DNA of 63,642 nucleotides, counting the filler, from Chthonomonadaceae bacterium (GTDB lineage Bacteria; Armatimonadota; Chthonomonadetes; Chthonomonadales; Chthonomonadaceae), in the NCBI GenBank assembly GCA_035650735.1. It is 5 parts of 5 records of this genome, joined end to end, with 100 filler letters (N's around TTAATTAATTAA, not from the genome) between each part and the next. Parts side by side here need not be neighbours in the genome. Positions count along the whole stretch, not along the records: positions 15,204 to 39,003 come from DASRGZ010000061.1; positions 39,104 to 55,095 come from DASRGZ010000062.1; 3 more parts are not named here. One strand, given 5' to 3'. The position numbers and the translations under genes are program-made. Positions 31,400-39,523 of this stretch are shown in pieces; position 1 is the first letter of the stretch, and every line of letters starts with the position of its first letter. Under the pieces are notes generated by a model. It did not search any database. It was not told the origin of the DNA and worked only from the letters and a program-made list of their open reading frames with translations.

Positions 31400-32628
31400 C
31401 TAGTAGTGCTTCAAGGTAAAACATTGGCATGAATTTGGGTACTCTATCTCCATTCCCTTGTGAGGAGATTCCTATCATGCCAGCCAAAAAGCATCTGGTT
31501 GCTCTGACACCCAAGCAACGCGAACAAGCCGAAGTTGTCGCCCGCTCCTACAAGCACTCGGCTCTGGAGCGCAAACGCGCCCGCATCCTCCTGCTCGCCG
31601 ATACCAACCGACCCGAAGGCGGAGCCAACGACCAGACGATTGCCCGCGAGGTCCAGGTCAGCGATGTCACCGTCCAGAACGTGCGCCGACGCTTTGCCCA
31701 AGGGAGCCTCCCCGCCGCTCTCTATCGGAAAGAACAAACCCACCGCAAAGACCGCCTGCTGGATGGCGCTGCGGAAGCCTGTCTGATCGCCACCGTCTGC
31801 TCGGCCCCGCCCCAGGGCAAGGGACGTTGGAGCCTGCACCTGCTCAAGGACACGCTGATCGCCCAGGGTTATACCGACACGGTCAGTCATGAGACCGTGC
31901 AGCAGACCTTGAAAAAAATGAACTCAAGCCCTGGCTAAAGACCTGTTGGTGCCTTCCCCCCAAGGAGAATGCCGCCTTCGTCTGCGCCATGGAAGACGTG
32001 CTGGATGTCTACACCCGTCCTTTCGACCCCAAGCGCCCGCTGGTGTGCCTGGACGAAGGCAGGAAGCAACTGCTTTCTCAGAGCCGCCCGCCGTTGCCGA
32101 TGGAGCCAGGGCAACCCCTGCGGGAAGACTACGAGTATGGCCGCGAAGGCACGTGCAGTTGCTTCCTATGTCTCGCTCCGTTGCTATCCTGGCGTCATGT
32201 GGAGGTTGACGGGGCGGCGCACCGCCCAAGACTTCGCCCACGTCGTCAAAGACCTGGTGGACGTGCAGTTTCCCGATGCTGATAAGAGCGTGGTGGTACT
32301 CGACAACCTCAACCCCCCACACGCCCGCCAGCCTTTACGAAGCGTTCACGCCGGCGGAGGCCAAGCGCCTAGCGGACAAGCTGGAGATCCACTACACGCC
32401 CAAGCACGGCAGTCGGTTGAATATGGCCGAGATCGAGTTGCCGGTACTGGGCAGGCAATGTCTGGACCGACGCTTACCGGATGTGGAAACGCTCACCTCG
32501 GAAGCAGCGGCCTGGGAAGCGGCGCGCAACGCCGCCGAGATGACCGTCCACTGGCAGTTCACGACCGAGGAGGCCAGGATTAAATTAGCTAGACTCTATC
32601 CAAAACTTCTACCTTGAAGGACTACTAG
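31400..32628 (+). mobile_element. IS630-family insertion sequence (degenerate)
   Basis: Terminal IRs CTAGTAGTGCTTCAAGGTA / TACCTTGAAGGACTACTAG with TA ends. HTH orfA, A7 frameshift site (KKNELKPW junction) and DDE orfB. Confidence 0.92.
31477..32617 (+). pseudogene. IS630 transposase with extra frameshifts
   Basis: orfA 31477-31938. DDE pieces (VCLDE, VVLDNL, YTPKHGSRLNMAEIE) fall in different frames, with breaks near 32210 and 32315. Confidence 0.85.
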
Positions 32629-32780
32629 TGACATGACAGCTCTCCTCTTCCCTTGCCGATAGGTAGTCTCCAGTCCGGATGAGCACCCCTGCGGCGCACA
32701 AGGTTTGGACATAAGAAGTCCCAGAATAGCGGCCTGGTTTCTGCGGCAAAGGGCAAAAGATTAAAGAGCGCCGAGAACTC

Positions 32781-33733
32781 TTATTGTTTTGAGGCGCAGC
32801 GGAATCCATTGACATCGCTTCTGACATCGGCAAGAAACCAGAAGCGGCGAGACGCGCGGAAGTTGTCTGGAACGCTGCCGCCGTACCACCCGCCACCATG
32901 TCGAGATCGCTGCAATATCTCGTCGACTCCGACGTCGGCAACGCTGGCGTACCAACCGCCACCGCGCATTATGCGTTCTGTGAATTCGCTCATGATCTGA
33001 TTCTCCGGGTCCGCTACTGATTGCGGCAGGCGCAGGTGTTCCGCCCGCACTTCCCGCGATTGGTGAACATGATCTGATTCTCCGGGTCTGCTACTGATGC
33101 GGCAGGGCTGCACCAGAAGCATTGGTCAAACCAGTCCCGACACCATTGCCAGACTTTGCCGGCCATGTCCGTCAGACCGTACGGGCTAATGGCATACTTA
33201 CCTACCGACGCCGTACCACCTGCATCCCCAGGCTCGTTCTTGCTGCACCAGAGTTTACGGGCATCCCATCGGTTGCCCCAGGGATACTTCCTGCCATCGG
33301 TGCCTCGGGCGGCTTTCTCCCACTGGGCTTCCGTGGGCAGACTCACCGTGACACCTGCCTGGGAAGCCCATTGACAGCAGGCCATCGTATCCGTCCAGGA
33401 AACATTGACAATGGGATGATCCTCTCGGCTCCAGTTGGGATTGAAAGCCGGGGCAGCCGGCATAGGCATTCCGATCTCCTGACAGAACCGCTTGTATATG
33501 CCCACGGTCACCAGATTCTTGTAGATCCAGTAGCCGGAGAGACGGACTGTATGGCGAGGGTTGTTGTTACCCACAAGTTCGCTGGGTATCCAGGGAGGGT
33601 GGTCTCGTTGGATAATGTACAGCCCCTCATCCTCATCGCCCATCAGGAAGTCTCCCGCCGGTATGTAGATCATCTCAGCACTGTCCTGGGGATTGATCCT
33701 GGTCTGTGCGGATTCTTGAGCCTCTGATCTCAT
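32781..33733 (-). pseudogene. Formylglycine-generating-enzyme (SUMF1) domain protein, frameshifted
   Basis: IPAGDFLMG, HPIVNVSW, LPTEAQWEKAARG, SPYGLTDMAGKVWQWC. The C-terminal RGGGW..GFRC lies in another frame after a duplicated segment at about 32990-33105. Confidence 0.8.
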
Positions 33734-33924
33734 AGAACGGTTCCCTCCTTCAGAAGAACGTTCGTTAGCTCCCTCTAATCGTCCTTCATGGTTGTCCTTA
33801 GCCCGGATTACCCAGAAAGTCGCCAGACTGGCGAGCGAGCGGTCAAGCCTCGTCACCACCTGGACTTTCATCCCGGAGTAGCGAGCGTAGCTCATGACTA
33901 TTATTCACCAGATGAGTAAAAGGA

Positions 33925-34006
33925 GGTAGACACTCCCAGCCGTGTGGATCAATCTCAAGCAGCCTGCTGCTGAGGAGATACGTCAACACCGTTGGGAGGG
34001 ATTACC
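33925..34006. repeat. 82-bp palindromic dispersed repeat, copy 1
   Basis: Near-identical to 45580-45661 (reverse complement) and 50031-50112. Confidence 0.9.
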
Positions 34007-34073
34007 TAGAAGGAGCACACTACGTCGAATCTGGAGATGACCAAACCTTCAGAGGGCGGAGGGGCTCTTGTTA

Positions 34074-34112
34074 GGCCGCTCGGTCGCCAGGATCGAGCGG
34101 CCTTTCTGTTTT
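34074..34112. terminator. Terminator-like hairpin
   Basis: GGCCGCTCG..CGAGCGGCC followed by TTTCTGTTTT. Confidence 0.5.
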
Positions 34113-34258
34113 ATCTCTCGTCGCTTCGGTCATCCAACGTATATGCTGAGAGTTTTGAGACGTAGTTTTCTGGATGGGCGCGCACCCGCTCCCGCTTTTG
34201 AGTCACGGACGCAAGTGAGCGCGCATAATCGGCCGGATGGCGCCAGCACGACGAAATC

Positions 34259-35131
34259 TCAGTTCTTGACACCGGTGGTGGCGATCCCCTGGATGAAGGT
34301 ACGCTGCGTGAAGAAGAACAGAACGATGATCGGAACCGTGAACAGCGTCGCACCGGCCATCAAGTGCGTCCATTGACCACCGCGATTAGAGACGAACTGT
34401 TGCAGGCCATAGGCCAGCGTGTACTGTGCCGGATCGTTGATGTAGAGGAGCGGGCCGAAGAAATCGTTCCAGGTGCCGAGGAACTGGAACAGCGCGCAGG
34501 TGGCGAGTGCCGGCTTGGAGAGCGGCAGAATGATGCGGCGGAAGATCGTCCATTCGCTCGCGCCATCCACACGCGCTGCCTCGGCCAACTCGCCCGGCAG
34601 CGTGCGATAGAACTGGGTGAGCAGAAAGATGAAGAAGGGAGCGCCGCAGAAGGCGGGAACCGTCAGCGGCAGATAGGTTCCGTACCAGCCCAGCGCGCGA
34701 AAGAGCGCAAACACCGGGATCATGGTCACCTGGGCCGGCAGCGCCAGCGTGGAGATCATCAGCAGAAACAGCGCGTTCTTGCCTTTGAACTCCAGGCGCG
34801 CGAACCCATAAGCGACGATGGCGCTGGACAAGACGGCCCCGAGGACCGTCACGGCGCAGAGGAACAGGGTGTTACGGAGATAGGCGAGGAAGGGCACGGC
34901 CCGCAGCGCGTCGGGATAGTTCCGCCACTGAACTGGATGCGGCACCAGGCTCGACAGCGTGAGGGGCGGCGCGCTTTGAGCGCCAACCGCGTAGACCTGG
35001 GCGTCCGTCTTCAGCGACGTGGAGATCATCCACACGAGCGGCAGCAGCACCGGCACGCTCAATGCGATTAGCGCAGCGTGGATAAGCAGGCGCTGAAACC
35101 GCGAGAGCCGGAACGGAGGGCTAATCGGCAT
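34259..35131 (-). CDS. Carbohydrate ABC transporter permease (MalG-like)
   Basis: ELAEAARVDGASEW EAA loop, WNDFFGPL, QRTFIQGI. Confidence 0.95.
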   Translation of the reverse strand: MPISPPFRLSRFQRLLIHAALIALSVPVLLPLVWMISTSLKTDAQVYAVGAQSAPPLTLSSLVPHPVQWRNYPDALRAVPFLAYLRNTLFLCAVTVLGAVLSSAIVAYGFARLEFKGKNALFLLMISTLALPAQVTMIPVFALFRALGWYGTYLPLTVPAFCGAPFFIFLLTQFYRTLPGELAEAARVDGASEWTIFRRIILPLSKPALATCALFQFLGTWNDFFGPLLYINDPAQYTLAYGLQQFVSNRGGQWTHLMAGATLFTVPIIVLFFFTQRTFIQGIATTGVKN

Positions 35132-36485
35132 AGCCTAGCTCCTTACGGCGCGCACGCTCCTTCGCAATGTCCGCTTCCAACCCCACCAACGCCTGCTCCG
35201 GTGGGCGCGTTCCCCGCACCGCCAGGTCTTCGGCCCGGCTGATGTGGTCTACCAGGTAGGCCTGAAACGGAACGGGCGGCGGCGCGACGAGGTTCGGGCT
35301 TGCCGCAAGCTCCAGAAAGGTGCGGAGTGCCGGATGTTTCTGGATGTAGGACTGATAGACGGGCGCGTACGCGATGGCGTCCGCGATGGGCAGCCATCCG
35401 CCCCAGAGATAGAACTCGGCCGCGCGCTCAGGGCGCTCCAGCCCGGACCAGAACTTGATGAACTCCCAGGCCCCCTGCGGCTGCCTGGAACCCCGAGGGA
35501 CCAGCAGCATATCGGACGTGGCCCAGCCGGCGAGCCGCCGCCCTCCGGCCGGCGGCGGCAGCGGGGCCGTGCGATACTCCAGGTGCGGCGCGAACTTCTC
35601 CAGCTGCTCGATCCGCCACTGCCCATCCTGGGTAATCGAGTAGGCACCGCTGAGGAAAGGCCAGTCCACCCCACCTGACGTATCGCCCGCCAGCCCCGAG
35701 GTGAAGCGAATGACGTTGCCGAATCCCAGCTTGCGGCGATAGTCGGCCAGGAAGGTCAGCGCGCGCCGATTCGGCGGCGTATTCAGCGTGAGCGCGCCCG
35801 TGCGTTCGTCGTAGAAGCCGCCGCCAAACAGAGGGGCGAACTGCGTGAAGTACTGCGGGAGAAACCCGATCCGCTTGAGTTGGCCGGACCGGTCGAATTG
35901 GTGCAGCCGATCCGCCCACTGCACGAGCGTTTCGAGGTCTTCCGGGAACCGGTCTGGATCGAGGCCGGCCTTGCGGAAATGGTCAGGCCGATAGAAGCAG
36001 GCCGAGATGTTGGGGCCGAGCGGCATCGCGTAGCGCCGTCCGCGGAAGATGCCGGCCCGCCGGAACACGGGATAGGTCTCGCGCTCCGTCCAGGCGCGCT
36101 CCGCCGGAGTCATCAGCTCGTCCAGGGAGGTGAGGGCGCCATTCTCGGCCCAGGTGGGCAGGACCGGGTTCCACTGCGCCATCACGTCGGGCGGATCGCC
36201 GCCGGTGATCGCCAACAGGTACTTGGCGTCCGCGCCGCTGGCGGGCACGGAGAGCGGCACGACCTCGTAGCGCGCCTGGCTGCGGTTGAAGCGATCCGCG
36301 ATCCGCTCCACGACCGCCTGCCACTCGGCCGTCCACATGTGCCAGAACCGCACCGGGATTCGGTCAGGATAGGCGCGACGCGCCCCGTCGCTCCAGCAGC
36401 CGCTTAGTCCGAGCGCGGCGGCCATCCCGAGACCGGACGCGAGAATTTCCCGCCGCGTGAGCCTATTGTCGCGTTCAGTCGCCAT
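35121..36485 (-). CDS. Sugar ABC transporter substrate-binding lipoprotein (Tat-type signal)
   Basis: MATERDNRLTRREIL...LSGC, FWHMWT, GGDPPDV. Confidence 0.92.
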   Translation of the reverse strand: MATERDNRLTRREILASGLGMAAALGLSGCWSDGARRAYPDRIPVRFWHMWTAEWQAVVERIADRFNRSQARYEVVPLSVPASGADAKYLLAITGGDPPDVMAQWNPVLPTWAENGALTSLDELMTPAERAWTERETYPVFRRAGIFRGRRYAMPLGPNISACFYRPDHFRKAGLDPDRFPEDLETLVQWADRLHQFDRSGQLKRIGFLPQYFTQFAPLFGGGFYDERTGALTLNTPPNRRALTFLADYRRKLGFGNVIRFTSGLAGDTSGGVDWPFLSGAYSITQDGQWRIEQLEKFAPHLEYRTAPLPPPAGGRRLAGWATSDMLLVPRGSRQPQGAWEFIKFWSGLERPERAAEFYLWGGWLPIADAIAYAPVYQSYIQKHPALRTFLELAASPNLVAPPPVPFQAYLVDHISRAEDLAVRGTRPPEQALVGLEADIAKERARRKELGYAD

Positions 36486-37398
36486 AATGCACCCACCGCC
36501 GTTGCGTTTGGAAGAGGAAGCCCGTAAGCGCCATGACGATCGCGAACAGAATCCACGCCATGGCACTCGCGTAGCCCATATCGAGGTAGCGCCAGGCGCG
36601 ATTGAAGAGGTAGAGCGCGTAGAAGAGCGTGCTATCCTCTGGCCCGCCCTGGGTCATGATATAGACTTCGGTGAAGTATTGGAATGTGCCGATGACGCCC
36701 ATCACCAGGTTGAAGAAGATCACAGGCGTCAACATAGGCAGTGTGACGTGGCGAAGGCGCTGCCATGCGTTCGCGCCGTCAATTACTGCCGCCTCATACA
36801 GATGCGCGGGAATATCCTTTAGCCCAGCCAGGTAGATGATCATGCTGCCGCCCACGCCCCAGAGCGACATTCCGACCAGGCTGCGGGGCGCCCATATCGG
36901 GTCCTGGAGCCAGGCCGGGCCCACCACGCCGAAGTGCAGCAGAAGTCGGTTGATGAGGCCGATCTGGGGATTAAGTATCCAGAGGAACAGGACCGACGTA
37001 GCGACGGCGGGAACGATGGAGGGCAGATAGAAGATGGTTCGATAGACGCTGATGCCGCCCACGTTCTGGTTGAGCAGGAGCGCTAGGCCGATGCCGGCGA
37101 GGATGCCCAGGGGAACGGCGGCGGCAGCAAACTGGAAGGTGACTCCCAGCGACTTCCAGAAGAGCGGGTCCTCGCGTAAGAGCGCCCGGTAGTTGGCGGC
37201 GCCTACCCAGACCGGCGGCGTGAGGATGGTGTAGCGCGTGAACGACAGATAGACGCTGGTGAGGAACGGAATCGCGGTAAAGATCAGGAAGCCCGCGATC
37301 CAGGGACCGATGAAAGCGTAGCCGACTATCTGCTTTTTCAGCATGCGCTTCTCCCCTTGCGGAGAGGAGAGGTCCTGCCCCTCCCTTTCCGTCCGCAT
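36475..37398 (-). CDS. Carbohydrate ABC transporter permease (MalF-like)
   Basis: GYAFIGPWIAGF, YLAGLKDIP.HLYEAAVIDGA, MGYASAMAW. Start is 37398 or 37344; the longer ORF reads through repeats. Confidence 0.93.
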   Translation of the reverse strand: MRTEREGQDLSSPQGEKRMLKKQIVGYAFIGPWIAGFLIFTAIPFLTSVYLSFTRYTILTPPVWVGAANYRALLREDPLFWKSLGVTFQFAAAAVPLGILAGIGLALLLNQNVGGISVYRTIFYLPSIVPAVATSVLFLWILNPQIGLINRLLLHFGVVGPAWLQDPIWAPRSLVGMSLWGVGGSMIIYLAGLKDIPAHLYEAAVIDGANAWQRLRHVTLPMLTPVIFFNLVMGVIGTFQYFTEVYIMTQGGPEDSTLFYALYLFNRAWRYLDMGYASAMAWILFAIVMALTGFLFQTQRRWVHYGD

Positions 37399-37464
37399 CG
37401 TTTTGCTGCCCGCTCCCGCCCTCCCTGCGCGGGGGCGCACTCCCTCACATGAAAACGTCTCTTC

Positions 37465-37765
37465 CTGTTGACCTAACCCCCGTCTCCCACTGCCAGGGTC
37501 GGGCCTGCAATAATTCGGCCCTCCGCCTTGGCGACACCTTGCGATCCTACAAGGGAAGGGAGGAACCCGGCTTCTGCTCTCCCCTCTCCTTGTGAAGGAG
37601 AGGGGCCGGGGGTGAGGTTTCTCCCCTCTCCCGCAGCGTGGATCGCTAGGCGGAGGGGTGTCGCAAGGTGTCGCAAGGCGGAGGCAAGAGCCGTAACCTT
37701 GCCGACCTAGCAGTGGCGCGAACCGTTGTAGCCCCCACCCTTGCAGTAGGGGTTGGGGGTGAGGG
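37465..37765. repeat. REP-like palindromic cluster
   Basis: Same modules as 601-1040. Confidence 0.8.
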
Positions 37766-37769
37766 CGAT

Positions 37770-39003
37770 TCACGACCCGGCGGCGTGGCCTTCTGTCAGC
37801 GTAACAACCTGATCTGCCGGGATCGCTCGCCATATCTCCTCCAGGCCGCTCGGCCAGCGGACGGTCACGCGATCCGCCTGCCTGGCCTCGCCCAAGCCGA
37901 AGTGGAGCCGAGGATCATTCGCCGACAGATAGCTGGAGCCGCTGTGGGCATAGGCCGTCTGCCTCTCTCCCGCAGCCTCCACCATGACCCGCGCCCCGTA
38001 ACCGTCGCGGTTGCTCCTCGTCCCGACGAGTTTCACCGTCAGCCAGTGATTGCGGCCGGGCGTTTCGTTATGGAGCAGGCGAGCGGGGCCGACATTGGGG
38101 ATCAGCAGGATGTCTATACGACCGTCGTTGTCGTAATCCCCGCGGCACGCCCCGCGCCCAACGAGCGGCTGCGTGATCCCTGGCCCCGCCGCATGGCTGA
38201 TGTCCTGAAACGCGCCGCTCCCCTGGTTGCGAAACAGCACGGACGGCTGCTCATAGGTCTGTCCGGTGTTGGCGTGGGTGATCGTGTCCTGGATGTGACC
38301 GTTCGTGATGAACAGATCGGCGCGGCCGTCATTGTCAAAATCGGCGAAGAAGAGGCCGAAAGTCACGTAGGGATAGCTCGGCTCGAACAGGCCGTTCTGT
38401 TTGACCCACTCGGCGCTGAGCGAGGCAGGATCGATCTGGTAGAAGGCGATCCCTTCAAAGCAGAAGTTGCCGATGGCGACGGCTAAGGTGCCGTCGTTCT
38501 TAACGTCTGCCGCATCAATGCCCATCCCAGCGCGCGCTTTCCCGTTCTCGTCGAAAGCCAAACCGGTCTTATAGCCGATCTCGGTGAACTTCCCATGGCC
38601 GGTGTTTCGGAACACGAAGTTCGGCTCTGTGTCATTGGCGACGATCAGGTCAGGGCGATTATCACCGTCCAGGTCGCAGACGCAGACGCCGAGCGCTTTC
38701 GCGTTCTTATTCCAGATGCCCGCGCTCCGGGTGACATCGCGGAAACGCCCTCGGCCCTCATTATGGAACAGGTGGCATGTCTCCCCAGGATACGATTGTG
38801 GGCGGCAATAGGCTTTCTCCACGGTCCCGCAATAGATGTCTGTCTTGGGGGTCCAGCGAATATAGTGGCAGACAAACAGGTCGAGCTTGCCGTCGTTGTC
38901 GTAGTCCAGCCAGGCCGCGCTCGTGCTCCAGCCCCCGTCTCCCACCCCCGCCTGCCCCGTCACCTCCACAAACCGCTTGCCTCCCTCATTGTGGAACAGC
39001 CGG
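37770..39003 (-). CDS. CRTAC1-like FG-GAP repeat / ASPIC-UnbV protein (5' end cut by gap)
   Basis: Repeated DYDNDG.LDL motifs, GRGACRGDYDNDG, SNRDGYGARV, GSSYLS..DPRLHFGLG. Confidence 0.92.
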
Positions 39004-39103
39004 NNNNNNNNNNNNNNNNNNNNNNNNNNNNNNNNNNNNNNNNNNNNTTAATTAATTAANNNNNNNNNNNNNNNNNNNNNNNNNNNNNNNNNNNNNNNNN
39101 NNN
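39004..39103. other. Artificial contig linker
   Basis: N-run with TTAATTAATTAA. Confidence 0.97.
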
Positions 39104-39300
39104 GCCAGGGTCGGGCCTGCAATAATTCGGCCCTCCGCCTTGCGACACCGACGCGGGCAGAATACCCGTTGACAACGCCAGGGGCGTCACCATCGTTCTC
39201 TAGGGGCAGCCCTGCTGCCTACGCAGGCAGAGAGTTTCGCCCACGTAGGTGGGCGACGGGCGCAAAGCGCCCCACAGCGGCAGGGTTCAGCCTGCCGCGC
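39104..39300. repeat. Repeat block at contig start, shared with 61152-61281
   Basis: About 130 bp reverse-complement match with one mismatch. Confidence 0.85.
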
Positions 39301-39360
39301 CAGATTTCCCGTCTTCTTACTGTCCTGGAGCACGGCCTTTTAACGGCATGATGAGATCGG

Positions 39361-39415
39361 ACAAAAAAGCCAGGAGGGCAGCCTTTAATCAGGATGCTTC
39401 TCCTGGCTTTTTTGT
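39361..39415. terminator. Bidirectional terminator-like hairpin
   Basis: ACAAAAAAGCCAGGAG...CTCCTGGCTTTTTTGT. Confidence 0.6.
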
Positions 39416-39511
39416 TGCCGAAAAGGCAAGTCTGGCGAAAGCCAGATACGCAAAGTCACGGGCCTACCCCTCGCCGCGTAATGGCGAGGCATGGTGGCCG
39501 GACTGCCGAAT
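39415..39511 (+). ncRNA. Cyclic di-GMP-I (GEMM) riboswitch
   Basis: AAAGGCAA-GTCTGGC-GAAA-GCCAGAT-ACGCAAAG-TCACGGGCCTA...GGTGGCCGGACTGCCG matches the GEMM layout and ends just before the TAAGGAG RBS. Confidence 0.8.
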
Positions 39512-39523
39512 AAGGAGCGCTTC

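Noticed and set aside
32781..33733. Complete diversity-generating retroelement
   Set aside because: No reverse transcriptase and no adenine-specific template/variable repeat pair in the window.
33925..34006. 82-bp hairpin as an integron attC site
   Set aside because: The R boxes are imperfect, conservation extends beyond the would-be crossover points, copies are dispersed and no integron integrase is present. Kept as an unclassified repeat.
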